64,000 nt of DNA, taken from NCBI GenBank assembly GCA_965205025.1, contig CBDBFU010000028.1, positions 1-64,000 on the forward strand, read 5' to 3'. The notes below the pieces were generated by a model. The model was given only the letters and a program-made list of their open reading frames with translations. It was not told the DNA's origin and did no database searches. A program made the translations under genes and the position numbers. Source of the stretch: Candidatus Poribacteria bacterium (GTDB lineage: Bacteria; Poribacteria; WGA-4E; WGA-3G). Shown here piece after piece: positions 39,479 through 49,285 of this stretch (its first letter is position 1; each line of letters begins with the position of its first letter).

Positions 39479-42475
39479 CTAATCCCTTGTTTGTAAGGTT
39501 GTGGACATTTGGTCACGATAGGCACCGTAGAGGAGTTTTTTGATGGATTCATTAATTTCTGGTTCAGAAAGTTTATTGTAGAGTTCTAATCTGTTATTCA
39601 CGAGTTCTAATAATATAACCTCGAAAACCTCATCAAACTTATATTTTTTGTTTTCTTCTGTATTGTTTCCTTCGAATACCTGTCGAAGTTCCTCGTTTTC
39701 ATTAACCTTTTGTTGTATGGTTTGAATATCCACCTTATCTTCATCGGTAAAATCTGTCTGATGTGCGTCGTTTAAGGACTTAATGAGATTTGATAGAAAT
39801 TCAAGTTCTGGTTCACTTATTGTTCCAACCCCACTGCTAATCCCGTCTACCTCGGTATCCTCCGGTTCAAGTGGAATTTGTAGACTCTCATACGTTCTTT
39901 GTATTCTTAATGAGTCTAAATCTACAGATGATAATAGATCTCCCAAGTCTTCTTGTTCACGTTTTGGGAGTTTCTTATTTAGACTATGTGCAAAGATATA
40001 CAGTTTTTCTAAATCTATATCGCTGTATGTAATCAGTTGTGTGATGTAAGCGTAAAGTCTGATATAACTTTGTAATGTGGAACGAAACTCCTCGCGCGCA
40101 TCTCTTTCCAATTCTTTCCATTTCTCAACGACAGGATCAAGAATCGGTTGAAACGCTTCCTTTTCCTGACTATCGTAAAAAATCTGACAGAATTCATTGA
40201 TAGTATGGTCATCATATAATTCAAAGCTTTCCAGCAGACTTTGTTTGTCATACAACAGATTCGGGTCTGTTTCTTCAGCAAGGGTAGTCATCTGATAGTA
40301 TTCCTGGAATGCTTTCTGCACACGATCAGGATCATTCACAAAATCAATAACTAATGTATCTGTCTTACCAGAGGCAACACGATTAAGCCTACTCAAGGTT
40401 TGGACACACTGGAGACCATCCAATTTCTTATCCACATACATGGTATGTAGCATGGGTTCATCGAATCCCGTTTGGAATTTATTGGCGACAATGAGAATTC
40501 GATATTGTGGACTTTTGAATGCATCGGCAATGGAAGTGTTTGGTGGTAAGTTGTTCATACTGTTTTCAGTGTATTCCACATCACTGTCGGTATCGTGAAT
40601 AGTGTCACTGAATGCTACCAGACATTCATAAGGTAATTGCATCTCTCGCATCTGCTTATCGAATTCAATTTTGTATTTGACGCAGTGAAGTCGTGACCGG
40701 GTTGCCAACATGGCGCGTCCCTTTCCACCAATTGTTTTTTCTGTCCGATCAGTAAAGTGTGTAAGAATAATACGTGTTTTTTCTTCAATACTGCGGGGTT
40801 GTAGGTCTACAAAGTTGGTGAGTGCGCGAAGTGTACGTGATTTTTCATACTCTTTATCTTCCTGCACACTTTTGATCAATTGGAAATATCTCTTATATGT
40901 GGTGTAGTTTTGTAGGACATCAAGGGTATAACCTTCACTGATACTTTGTCGCATTGAATAGAGGTGGAACGGGATGAATTTACCCTCATCGTCTTTATTT
41001 CCAAATAGTTCTAAGGTCTTATTCTTGGGTGTACCGGTAAACCCAAAATATGAGATATGCTCCTGCATTCTGCGTTGTTGCATCTGTTCAAGAATTTTCG
41101 CATCAATATCTGATGCTTCCTCTAAATCATCATCGTCGTCCTGATCTTCGTTCTGCATCCCTTGGGAGAGAGAAACTCTAAGATTCTTCGCAGATTCACC
41201 ACTTTGTGATGAGTGTGCTTCGTCTATAATTACAGCGAATGATTTGCTGTCGAGTTCACCTATTGTTTGAGCAATTACAGTGAACTTTTGGATTGTTGAG
41301 ACGATAATACTTTTTCCGGATTCAAGAAATTCTCTGAGTTGTGCGGAGTTTTTATCGACTGCATGGACAACACCGTCGACTTGTCCAACCTGTTTAATGG
41401 TGTCCTGCAGTTGTTTGTCCAGTAGTCGTCGGTCTGTTACGACAATAATCGAATCGAAAATGCGATTATTATCTGATGGGTTCTGGTATAGATGTGTGAG
41501 TAGGTGTGCTAACCATGCGATGGAGTTTGATTTTCCGCTTCCTGTTGTGTGTTGAATGAGGTATTTACCGCCAACACCATCTGTTATAACTGTCTGTTTC
41601 AATTTGCGAATTACATCCAGTTGATGGTATCGTGGGAAAATGAGTGTTTTCCGTTTTTCATCTCTCACCTCACCACTTCTCGGATCATAGACTTTTTCAG
41701 TGGTCTCCTGTTCATGGATAAAGTTTTGGATTAACTCCATCAGGTTATCGGGTTGTAGTATGTCTTCCCAGAGGTATGCAGTCTTGTGTCCGTTTGGATT
41801 CACGGGATTTTCAATACCTTTATTAAAGGGAAAGAATCTTGTATCTTGTCCTTTCAGGTGGGTTGTCATTGACACCTTCTCGTTCCCGACTGCAAAGTGT
41901 ACCAGACAGCGTTTGAATTGGAATAAGGTTTCTCTTGGATCTCGATCCGTCCGATACTGTTTTTCCGCATCAGTGAAAACTTGTCCAGTGAGACTGTTTT
42001 TTAGCTCCATTGTAACTAACGGTAGACCGTTGAGGAACAACACCATATCCAGTGTATTACCATTTTGCAGTGAATACCTTAACTGTCGAATTAACGAGAA
42101 TCGATTCTGACTGTATAGTTCTTGATGGGTTGGGTTCATCCCACTTGATGGAAGGAGGTAAGTTAGTTTAAAGTTACAACCCCTATCCTTAACGCCGTTC
42201 CGAAGGACATCCAATACACCACGTTGTTCAATTTGTTGGCTGATACGGACAAGGAGTTTCTGTGGTGTATCTTGTCCATATTGGCGTTCCAATTTCTGAT
42301 ATGTTTTGGACTGTGTATCCCGTATAAACTGTAGTATTTCAAGTGGCATTAGGCAGTGAGATTTGTCGTAACTGATAGGATCTGAAGATCTGTAACCTGA
42401 CCGATTCAGGTGTTTTTCTATGTGATCTTCAAAATTCTCTTCAGTATATGTCGGCACGGGTCTACACCTCGTCAA
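39479..42475 (-). CDS. hsdR: Type I restriction enzyme R subunit (possible GTG start at 42457)
   Basis: 'DMVLFLNGLPLVTMELKN', 'HTTGSGKS', 'IIDEAH', 'FTGTP', 'KFQTGFDEP', 'VQTLSRLNR'. Confidence 0.93.
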   Translation of the reverse strand: MTRCRPVPTYTEENFEDHIEKHLNRSGYRSSDPISYDKSHCLMPLEILQFIRDTQSKTYQKLERQYGQDTPQKLLVRISQQIEQRGVLDVLRNGVKDRGCNFKLTYLLPSSGMNPTHQELYSQNRFSLIRQLRYSLQNGNTLDMVLFLNGLPLVTMELKNSLTGQVFTDAEKQYRTDRDPRETLFQFKRCLVHFAVGNEKVSMTTHLKGQDTRFFPFNKGIENPVNPNGHKTAYLWEDILQPDNLMELIQNFIHEQETTEKVYDPRSGEVRDEKRKTLIFPRYHQLDVIRKLKQTVITDGVGGKYLIQHTTGSGKSNSIAWLAHLLTHLYQNPSDNNRIFDSIIVVTDRRLLDKQLQDTIKQVGQVDGVVHAVDKNSAQLREFLESGKSIIVSTIQKFTVIAQTIGELDSKSFAVIIDEAHSSQSGESAKNLRVSLSQGMQNEDQDDDDDLEEASDIDAKILEQMQQRRMQEHISYFGFTGTPKNKTLELFGNKDDEGKFIPFHLYSMRQSISEGYTLDVLQNYTTYKRYFQLIKSVQEDKEYEKSRTLRALTNFVDLQPRSIEEKTRIILTHFTDRTEKTIGGKGRAMLATRSRLHCVKYKIEFDKQMREMQLPYECLVAFSDTIHDTDSDVEYTENSMNNLPPNTSIADAFKSPQYRILIVANKFQTGFDEPMLHTMYVDKKLDGLQCVQTLSRLNRVASGKTDTLVIDFVNDPDRVQKAFQEYYQMTTLAEETDPNLLYDKQSLLESFELYDDHTINEFCQIFYDSQEKEAFQPILDPVVEKWKELERDAREEFRSTLQSYIRLYAYITQLITYSDIDLEKLYIFAHSLNKKLPKREQEDLGDLLSSVDLDSLRIQRTYESLQIPLEPEDTEVDGISSGVGTISEPELEFLSNLIKSLNDAHQTDFTDEDKVDIQTIQQKVNENEELRQVFEGNNTEENKKYKFDEVFEVILLELVNNRLELYNKLSEPEINESIKKLLYGAYRDQMSTTLQTRD

Positions 42476-42541
42476 ATAGATAAGGATTGTTCCTGGACCA
42501 CGGGGATCACGTGACTCCGAATCGTCACACTATCAATCATT

Positions 42542-42793
42542 TCAGGGAGAGTTTAAGCATAAATGCGTATCTATTTCATCTAAACTTTGCGCGTTCATCG
42601 CTTGCTCTAAGAGCATATCAAGGCGCGATAAGTTGTGGATATTGCTTATTTTGTGTGAGAGCGTTTCAGGCACGTTTTGAAATCGGAACTGCAAGAGTTT
42701 GAGGACCGCGTCTTGTTTACCTTCTGCTCTACCTTCTTCTCTGCCTTCTGCTTTACCTTCTTCTCTGAGAAATTCGGCTGTTGTCTGTGCCAT
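42542..42793 (-). CDS. Stand-alone Rpn/YhgA C-terminal (RpnS/DUF4351-like) small protein
   Basis: AAGGAG RBS then 'MAQTTAEFLREEGKAEGREEGRAEGKQDAVLKLLQFRF..VP'; no PD-(D/E)XK domain upstream. Confidence 0.65.
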   Translation of the reverse strand: MAQTTAEFLREEGKAEGREEGRAEGKQDAVLKLLQFRFQNVPETLSHKISNIHNLSRLDMLLEQAMNAQSLDEIDTHLCLNSP

Positions 42794-42917
42794 CGTTTCT
42801 AACTCCTTCAATAGTTGAAGAAAAACATTTTACAAAGTATAGCATAGAAATACCGAAAAAATCAACGCGATATGTATAGCAGTATCGCACGCCAAATCAG
42901 AAAACAAAAAATAGGAT

Positions 42918-44213
42918 CTAAACCTCGGTTCGGACATCAATTTTGCCTGTTACTGCTTCTGAGATAAGGGATTGTCGGTATTCTTTTAGGAGTTCTATTT
43001 TACGGTGTTCTGTGGTAATGAGTTCGTCAATCTGTTTGTTTTTCTGGTCAAGGAAGTTAACGATTTGTTTCAGCTCTTGGGGCAAAGGAATAGGGAGACG
43101 AAAATTTGAATACTTTTCACCATTAACATTCTGGATTGTTGAGATGATTACCTGCTGCTCAAGCCAATTTCTATAAAAATGTGATAGTGTTACGTAGTAG
43201 ATAAATTTCGATGTCCAATAATCATCAAAGTTAAATCTAACGAGATAACCCGCACTGGTATATTTTCCTGTTTCAAGATGCAGATAAGATTTTCCCACTG
43301 TTGCTCCACTACGAGACAAAAGCAAATCATAACTATTGAGCATCTGTTCTTGAGGAACATAATCTTCTGATAGATAAACTCCTTTCTGTGCAAGACTTCC
43401 ACCTTCACCAATATCAGTGATTCTGATCAATCTGATCCCTTCTGTGATATATCTATCTGCCTCAATATTAAGACCATATGTCACTGGAATATTGGAGACA
43501 TACTTCAATCTTGTAATGGTCCAATGTGCTGGGATATCCCCAATCCATTCCACACTTGATGGTTTCATCTCCACATGTGGGTTAAGTCCTTTTGTCACTG
43601 CATGATTTATGAGTGCTGTGCGTTGTTCTTGTAGGAGTTCTATCTTTCGTTCTTTGATGCGGATGAGTTCGTCGATTTGCTCGGTTTTTTGGTCGAGGAA
43701 GTTGGCGATTTCATCTTGTTCATAAATTGGTGGAAAAACTAAAGGGATTTGACCAAATTGATCAAAATATAATCTTAATCTGACTTCTAAAATACCTCTT
43801 GAACGCTTTTTAAATTCCGTAAAATAGAGACCGCATCGAAACAGATACTCGTAGAAATGTTCATTTAAGGGACGGCTCTTTCTCAGAATATCGTATGCCG
43901 GACTTGTAACACCCTCGTAATTAGATAAACCAATCGCACCCATCCAGGCAAGAAGTTTATTGACAATGAAATCTCCTTTTTTTACTAACCAATAACCATC
44001 CGTTGTAGTAGCTTTGTTTCCTCTCTCTTCTAACTCTTTTCTTGGTTTAACACCAATATTTGTATATATTGATAAGAGTTCAAAATCATTGTCTTTGGGA
44101 GCTTGTTCTGTGATTAACTGAAATAGATATTTTGTATTTATCACATCCCAATGTACTGGTATTTCCCCAATCCACTCCACACCGCTGTCTTTATATTCTG
44201 GATATTTTCTCAT
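42918..44213 (-). CDS. hsdS: Type I R-M specificity subunit
   Basis: 'YKDSGVEWIGEIP', two TRDs separated by 'EQ..IANFLDQKT.QIDELI', ends 'AVTGKIDVR'. Confidence 0.92.
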   Translation of the reverse strand: MRKYPEYKDSGVEWIGEIPVHWDVINTKYLFQLITEQAPKDNDFELLSIYTNIGVKPRKELEERGNKATTTDGYWLVKKGDFIVNKLLAWMGAIGLSNYEGVTSPAYDILRKSRPLNEHFYEYLFRCGLYFTEFKKRSRGILEVRLRLYFDQFGQIPLVFPPIYEQDEIANFLDQKTEQIDELIRIKERKIELLQEQRTALINHAVTKGLNPHVEMKPSSVEWIGDIPAHWTITRLKYVSNIPVTYGLNIEADRYITEGIRLIRITDIGEGGSLAQKGVYLSEDYVPQEQMLNSYDLLLSRSGATVGKSYLHLETGKYTSAGYLVRFNFDDYWTSKFIYYVTLSHFYRNWLEQQVIISTIQNVNGEKYSNFRLPIPLPQELKQIVNFLDQKNKQIDELITTEHRKIELLKEYRQSLISEAVTGKIDVRTEV

Positions 44214-44290
44214 AATTCCATCATCTCTTTATCTACATCGCGGATTATGCTGATTACACAAGTTTCACATATTAGATCGGTAGATTGTAA

Positions 44291-44669
44291 TACCAATTTT
44301 TACTTAATTAGTTTACAAAGAAATTCTATAAACATTCCGTCCCTACGGGACTCATTCGGTTAATTGATCCGTTTTCTATAGACATTCCGTCCCTACGGGA
44401 CTCAAGATAATGGATAAACACGTTTTCTATAGACATTTCGTCCCTACGGAACTCAAAATAGTGGATAAGCACGTTTTCTATAAACATTCCGTCCCTACCA
44501 AATCAAGGAATCAACGGTATGAATGACATAAGTTATTCCCCGGGACTCAATATATAAGATATTCCCCTTTTTCTATAGACATTCCGTCCCTACGGGACTG
44601 GAATTTTTACAACTAATTAATCCTATTTAGATGAAAATCGTAATGTAGATATTTCAATTGAAAATGGTA
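44291..44669. mobile_element. MITE (TACCA...TGGTA, TAA duplication) containing five family-A hairpins, one interrupted by a B element
   Basis: TAA|TACCAATT...GAAAATGGTA|TAA; A units at 44324, 44374, 44425, 44476 and 44571; B insert 44499-44541. Confidence 0.8.
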
Positions 44670-44871
44670 TAACTTCATTACATTGTTAGACTTTGTTTAT
44701 ATTGGTCTTGAGAATTCTCTTCAATCACAGATTCTTCTGGTTGTTAAAAAGGTGTAAAATCAGATATTTAATCCTAATATACAGACAAAAAATTAATCCT
44801 AAAAACAGACTTTTAATCCTAAATTCTGAGACAGTTGATCGTGTTGTTGCATTTCTCTATGTCTCGAAAAA

Positions 44872-45005
44872 ATGAAAAAAGTTACACTTTTTGTCACACG
44901 GTGTGACATTGAAATTGGTACATATTATCCCTGTAACGCCTGTCATAGACTGCGTTTACGGCACTTTGAATTGATTTTATAAGAATTTCGAAAAAATGTA
45001 GTTTT
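44872..45005. repeat. Dispersed ~130-bp conserved non-coding element, copy 2
   Basis: ATGAAAAAAGTTACACTTTTTGTCACACGGTGTGACATTGAAATTGG ... TAGACTG....ACGGCA, aligns with 24221. Confidence 0.7.
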
Positions 45006-45491
45006 GTGTTTTTGTTGTTCTTGCGGATTTTGGTGTTCTCTACGGTTAAAAAGGTATGCTTTTTTGACGTATATGAAACTTTGTAATTAGGATCGTTTTT
45101 ATAGATTGTCATTTGTTTTTAGTTATTAGTTTTTGTTTGTGATCTAACCCGTAATTTATTTTCATTTTGAGAAATATTATGAATTTGTTTTTACGTTTTT
45201 GTGATATATATGTTAGTTGTTAGAGGTAGGTGTTTTCTTCATATTTTTAGAAATTTATTTAAGAATGTTTGAAAGGTATCCGATAACATCTTCTGGATCA
45301 GAAAGCCGTTCCATTAAAATTTCATGCCATGTTCTGAATCGTTCCATATAAAAAATATGGGCGTGTATACTGGAGTAAGCCACACGCCCGACAATTTACT
45401 TAGGTGTTATATAGTGGATTTAACGATACACATGTAACAATTTGACATATACCTTGTTTATAGAATCTCTTTATCAATGGATACTATTAGA

Positions 45492-45974
45492 TCATGGTGG
45501 AGTCGGTTCTATTGTCCATCCATTCTCATTGGCAAGTGTAGATAATGCTATTGTTAACAAATCAAATGCATTCTTTTGTTTGCTTTTTGAACCAAAGTAA
45601 TTTGGATTTACAACAATTATTGCATGGGCAGAATCCAATAGAGTAGAATTAATGTCAACAATAGGATCCGCTATAACATCCACTGTATGTTCTTCGATAA
45701 CTTTTCCTTCGTGTTTAGTTACCACATTTCCTATTTGACGAATTTGTATAGTTATTATTTCAACAATTCCGTTTTCTACTTTATCTTGAGGTAACTGAGT
45801 ATTGTGATTTATTAATTCCGCCCGATATACAGAAGGCGTTAAATATCTATCCCAGAAAGCACCAGGAAGAATTCTGAATTGCCCATTCATAACTGAATAG
45901 GCGATACCTTCTAATTCTGCTGGAATCCTTCTATATACACTTTCATCATCTCGAACATTATCTTGATTATTCAT
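45492..45974 (-). CDS. Hypothetical protein, possible RES/ADP-ribosyltransferase-like toxin
   Basis: 'DDESVYRRI', 'AF....PSV.R', 'HAII' resemble an R-S-H ART-like pattern; coupled to the upstream gene. Confidence 0.45.
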   Translation of the reverse strand: MNNQDNVRDDESVYRRIPAELEGIAYSVMNGQFRILPGAFWDRYLTPSVYRAELINHNTQLPQDKVENGIVEIITIQIRQIGNVVTKHEGKVIEEHTVDVIADPIVDINSTLLDSAHAIIVVNPNYFGSKSKQKNAFDLLTIALSTLANENGWTIEPTPP

Positions 45975-46396
45975 TAATTAGCCATTCCCAGAGCTCAATA
46001 TAATGCTCAGATTTTAGAAAATTGACTTCCATTTCTGTGTTAATATTTGGTCCCCAAACTTTAAAATATTCTACCTCAATTTCTCCGATTTTAAAATGTA
46101 ATTGACGTTTTTGGTTATACCATAATTGCTGTTACATGACCATTACCATCAGTAGAAATGATGGGAGTAATAAACGTATAGTCAGCAGAAATGATTATGT
46201 CTAATAATTTTTCTATCACAGTTTCTGCATGAGATATAGTTAAATCATTAGGTCTATCAAATCCATACTCATTCCAGATTTCTTTCCATTCCTTCAAAAC
46301 ATGAAATTGTCTTGAGATTTCATCTTGCTGAATACGAAGATCTGAATATATAGTTTTAGGTCTATGTTTAATGTCTTCAACATTATCAATGTGCAT
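45967..46396 (-). CDS. Hypothetical protein (putative partner/antitoxin), frameshift near 46125
   Basis: ORF 46115..46396 continues in another frame as 'WYNQKRQLHFKIGEIEVEYFKVWGPNINTEM...LWEWLINE*', overlapping the next ATG; AAGGTG RBS. Confidence 0.55.
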
Positions 46397-46527
46397 AAAC
46401 TCACCTTTTTATAAGGTTTGGTCATCTTACCTTCTTGAATTATACAACAACCTACTATATTTATTCAAAGAAAAACACCTGTCGAATACAAGCTAACACC
46501 TCGTTCAGCAAACCATCACTTTTCTGG

Positions 46528-48381
46528 TCAAGTGCTTTGATGCAATAGTTGTATATCATCTTTACAAATAAAATCGACTGTCACACCGTTCTGTTGCAAT
46601 GCATTTTGGAAATCTAACCACCGACTATCTACTGCTTGCAAAATAGGTGGATTTTCTTTATGTGCACATGCGACTGCGATGAATTTACGATCATCTGGAT
46701 CAAAGTCATCCAACGCAGGATCGTCTGGGAACTCCTCAAACTCGTTATCTGAACCGTTAATAGGTGAAATCGAGACCAAGTCGCACTGTGTATCCTTGTT
46801 TCTCAAAAGCCATAAGAGAAATCTATCACCTGCTCCCGGTTCTCCACTGGTGCGAAGATTTCGTAAGTATTCAGCGAGTATTTTCCATTTATCATCAAGA
46901 ACCAATTTCTCTTCACCACGCATAATGCTTGATAGCCGATTGATACATGTATCAATACAATTACCAGATGCTTGGGACGATTTACCGTTGGCAACAACTG
47001 CAACGTTTGTATCTATAATGACATTCATTGAAGCCATCACTTTCCGTCGCCGCATTTCAACTCTCGTTTTTTCTATCAAATCTCCTATATCATCCCCAAA
47101 GAAGTCTTGTGGCCAATTCAGTATATTACCGTATTCATCAACCTTCAGTCTTTCAATTTCGGATGTTCCGTCGTTGATTTGGCAAAAATAGAGGGCTGTA
47201 TCCTCTGGATCAATTTGCTCTTCTGCAATACGACGTTGTAATCTGTGCAGTAGGAGTGCACTGTGGCTTTCCAAAATGATCTGTACGTTTCGATTTTTTA
47301 CCACATCAATGAGGACATCTGCTAAATCTGATTGTACTTTTGGATGTAAGTGTATCTCTGGTTGTTCAAGGATAATGGTCGTATTTTCTGGTACATAGTA
47401 GCATAGGACAAGAACGGGTAGCAGTTGAGATACACCAAAGCCAACATCGGTAATTAACACTTCAGAACTGTTTCGACTCTTTTTTACTCGGAATTCATAA
47501 TCTTTCCGATTTTCAGCGATCGGTTCAAGTGAAAACGAATCAATTAATTCCATTTTTTGTAACCATTCTAATATACGGTATTCAATGGGTTTATGAGAAC
47601 GTTTTACATTGACAAGTCGAGGAGAAGTTAAACCTTCTGCTCGTGCAGCAAGCAGAGCTGGGATTGCTTCTTCTCCACTGATACCTACATCTTGTGGTCG
47701 TTCACCTGACCAGATATAACTCCGTCGTGGATATTCCCGTAGTGGACCGAGGTATGTTATATCTGAAAATAGATTTTCAAAGGCAAGCACAAAATCTGAA
47801 AGGAAACCGAGGTTTTGATAATTCCCACCGACTTCAACGGGAAATCCATAACATTTCACAGGTGGTGGTAAATCCAATGGTCTTCCTTGGTGTCGAATAG
47901 CCTTAAATCCATCATGAATGAGTTCATACTGATTTCTACCATTTTTCTTATTATTTTCTTCTCTTTTCATCCCAAATTTGTAGGCATCAGTTGCGTAATG
48001 GAAATGTTCGACTTGGATACGGTCATTTTCTTCACGAATCTCTGTGTGGAAAGTGAGTTCGTTAGTTGGAAAAAGAGATCTTTGCAGAGACAAGGGTTTG
48101 GATGGTTTCCATGATAACTCTAACTGTAGGGTTAGATCCGTATTATGTGTATAAAGTAGATCTTGGAATGTGCCAAAGTCAACAAGTGCCCTGTCATCAC
48201 CTAAGTGTAACACACGGTTACGGTCTGGTGATTCAGAAGTCTGCATGAGCATCAGCAGAATTTGTAAAATACTGGTTTTACCTGAGCTATTCGCACCGAA
48301 TAAACCTGTTAAAGGCGCGAATTGGAGCGTTTTTGTATCTTGCCATGATTTGAAGTTTTGTGCTCTGAGTTCAGTAATCAT
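46528..48381 (-). CDS. AAA_21/DUF3696 ABC-type ATPase fused to a PIN-like nuclease
   Basis: 'AQNFKSW', Walker A 'GANSSGKT', 'DVGFGVSQLLP', 'LEQPEIHLHP', 'ESHS', DUF3696 'WPQDFF'; then in frame 'VIIDTNV' and 'DPDDRKFIAVA'. Confidence 0.85.
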   Translation of the reverse strand: MITELRAQNFKSWQDTKTLQFAPLTGLFGANSSGKTSILQILLMLMQTSESPDRNRVLHLGDDRALVDFGTFQDLLYTHNTDLTLQLELSWKPSKPLSLQRSLFPTNELTFHTEIREENDRIQVEHFHYATDAYKFGMKREENNKKNGRNQYELIHDGFKAIRHQGRPLDLPPPVKCYGFPVEVGGNYQNLGFLSDFVLAFENLFSDITYLGPLREYPRRSYIWSGERPQDVGISGEEAIPALLAARAEGLTSPRLVNVKRSHKPIEYRILEWLQKMELIDSFSLEPIAENRKDYEFRVKKSRNSSEVLITDVGFGVSQLLPVLVLCYYVPENTTIILEQPEIHLHPKVQSDLADVLIDVVKNRNVQIILESHSALLLHRLQRRIAEEQIDPEDTALYFCQINDGTSEIERLKVDEYGNILNWPQDFFGDDIGDLIEKTRVEMRRRKVMASMNVIIDTNVAVVANGKSSQASGNCIDTCINRLSSIMRGEEKLVLDDKWKILAEYLRNLRTSGEPGAGDRFLLWLLRNKDTQCDLVSISPINGSDNEFEEFPDDPALDDFDPDDRKFIAVACAHKENPPILQAVDSRWLDFQNALQQNGVTVDFICKDDIQLLHQST

Positions 48382-48553
48382 AATTTCGCTTTCTGTAGGA
48401 GCGATCTCCGAATAACGACACGTTTGTAGTCGGGAATCGGAGTTTCCTCCTACCTTAAGGTCTTTGGTATGGAAAAATTTGCTGAATATAGACTCAGACG
48501 AGACGAACATGTGAAATGTCAACATACCAAATGGTAACTAACATAAGACATGC

Positions 48554-48835
48554 TTAATAAATATCACCACGATTGTCTATTTGTACAATGTGGATTATTT
48601 GTTCTACTTTGTCGACTTGATAAATGAAACGGAGATGCCCTATCCGATAACGATAAAGTCCTTTTTTCTTCCCATGTAGTGGTTTGATGGTTGTAGGATT
48701 TTCGTGCCGAAACGGAGATCTAAGGATGTACTCAATTGCAGTACTGATTCGCACTTGTGTTTCTTTGTCTAACCTTCTGATAAAATTTTCCACCTTTCTT
48801 GGAAGTGGAGCAAGCGTATATAGTCTGGAATTCAC
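48554..48835 (-). CDS. RelE/ParE-family toxin
   Basis: 'IKPLHG...GLYRYRIGHLRFIY.VD......I.IDNRGDIY'; GTG start overlaps the upstream TGA. Confidence 0.85.
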   Translation of the reverse strand: MNSRLYTLAPLPRKVENFIRRLDKETQVRISTAIEYILRSPFRHENPTTIKPLHGKKKGLYRYRIGHLRFIYQVDKVEQIIHIVQIDNRGDIY

Positions 48836-49161
48836 AGTCCAATTTCCTGTTTGATCTGTGTCCATTCCTTGCCGCCGCCAGAGTCTAATTCCTGCTGTGC
48901 TTCAACAATATCTGCTAAGACATCTGGTTCAGAATTAATCAATGCAGTTTCGCGCCATTCAGTGAGAAAAATTGAAAGTAGTTCAGCGTCTTTTTTGCCT
49001 TCTGAGATTCGTGTTAGCAGCTTGAACAATTCAGCAAAAAATTCTACAAGTTCCTCTGTCTCTAACCATTTAAGCCAATCAAAGGACTTTGAGGTAGTAA
49101 CAGATTTTACGAGTAATTGATCATTCATGAGGTGTCCAACGACAAGTTTTGATTTTTTCAT
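48832..49161 (-). CDS. Cognate antitoxin
   Basis: Upstream of and coupled to RelE; acidic C-terminus 'EWRETAL...DIVEAQQELDSG..KEW.QIK'. Confidence 0.7.
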   Translation of the reverse strand: MKKSKLVVGHLMNDQLLVKSVTTSKSFDWLKWLETEELVEFFAELFKLLTRISEGKKDAELLSIFLTEWRETALINSEPDVLADIVEAQQELDSGGGKEWTQIKQEIGL

Positions 49162-49285
49162 CTAATACCTCTGTAGGAAGGATTATATTAATGTTTATTG
49201 TACAGGATTAAGCTGCAGGATTCAAAGTTTTATGGTATTGAACAGCGGAATTTAATGTGAATTCGGAATAGATAGTAGTCGGTAA

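Noticed and set aside
44324-44599. CRISPR-like array of ~31-bp palindromic repeats
   Set aside because: Spacers are only ~19-22 bp and some are near-identical to each other and to the spacer near 12750. The repeat is dispersed in MITE shells and no cas genes are present.
45355-45392. Hairpin GGGCGTGT...ACACGCCC as a riboswitch or ncRNA
   Set aside because: It is a single stem with no recognisable aptamer motif and could simply be a terminator for the minus-strand genes.
48382-48525. N-terminal extension of the AAA-PIN ORF
   Set aside because: It runs through REP-like sequence (GTAGGAGCG..., GTCGGGAATCGGAG...CTAC); the family-typical start is MITELRAQNFKS at 48381.
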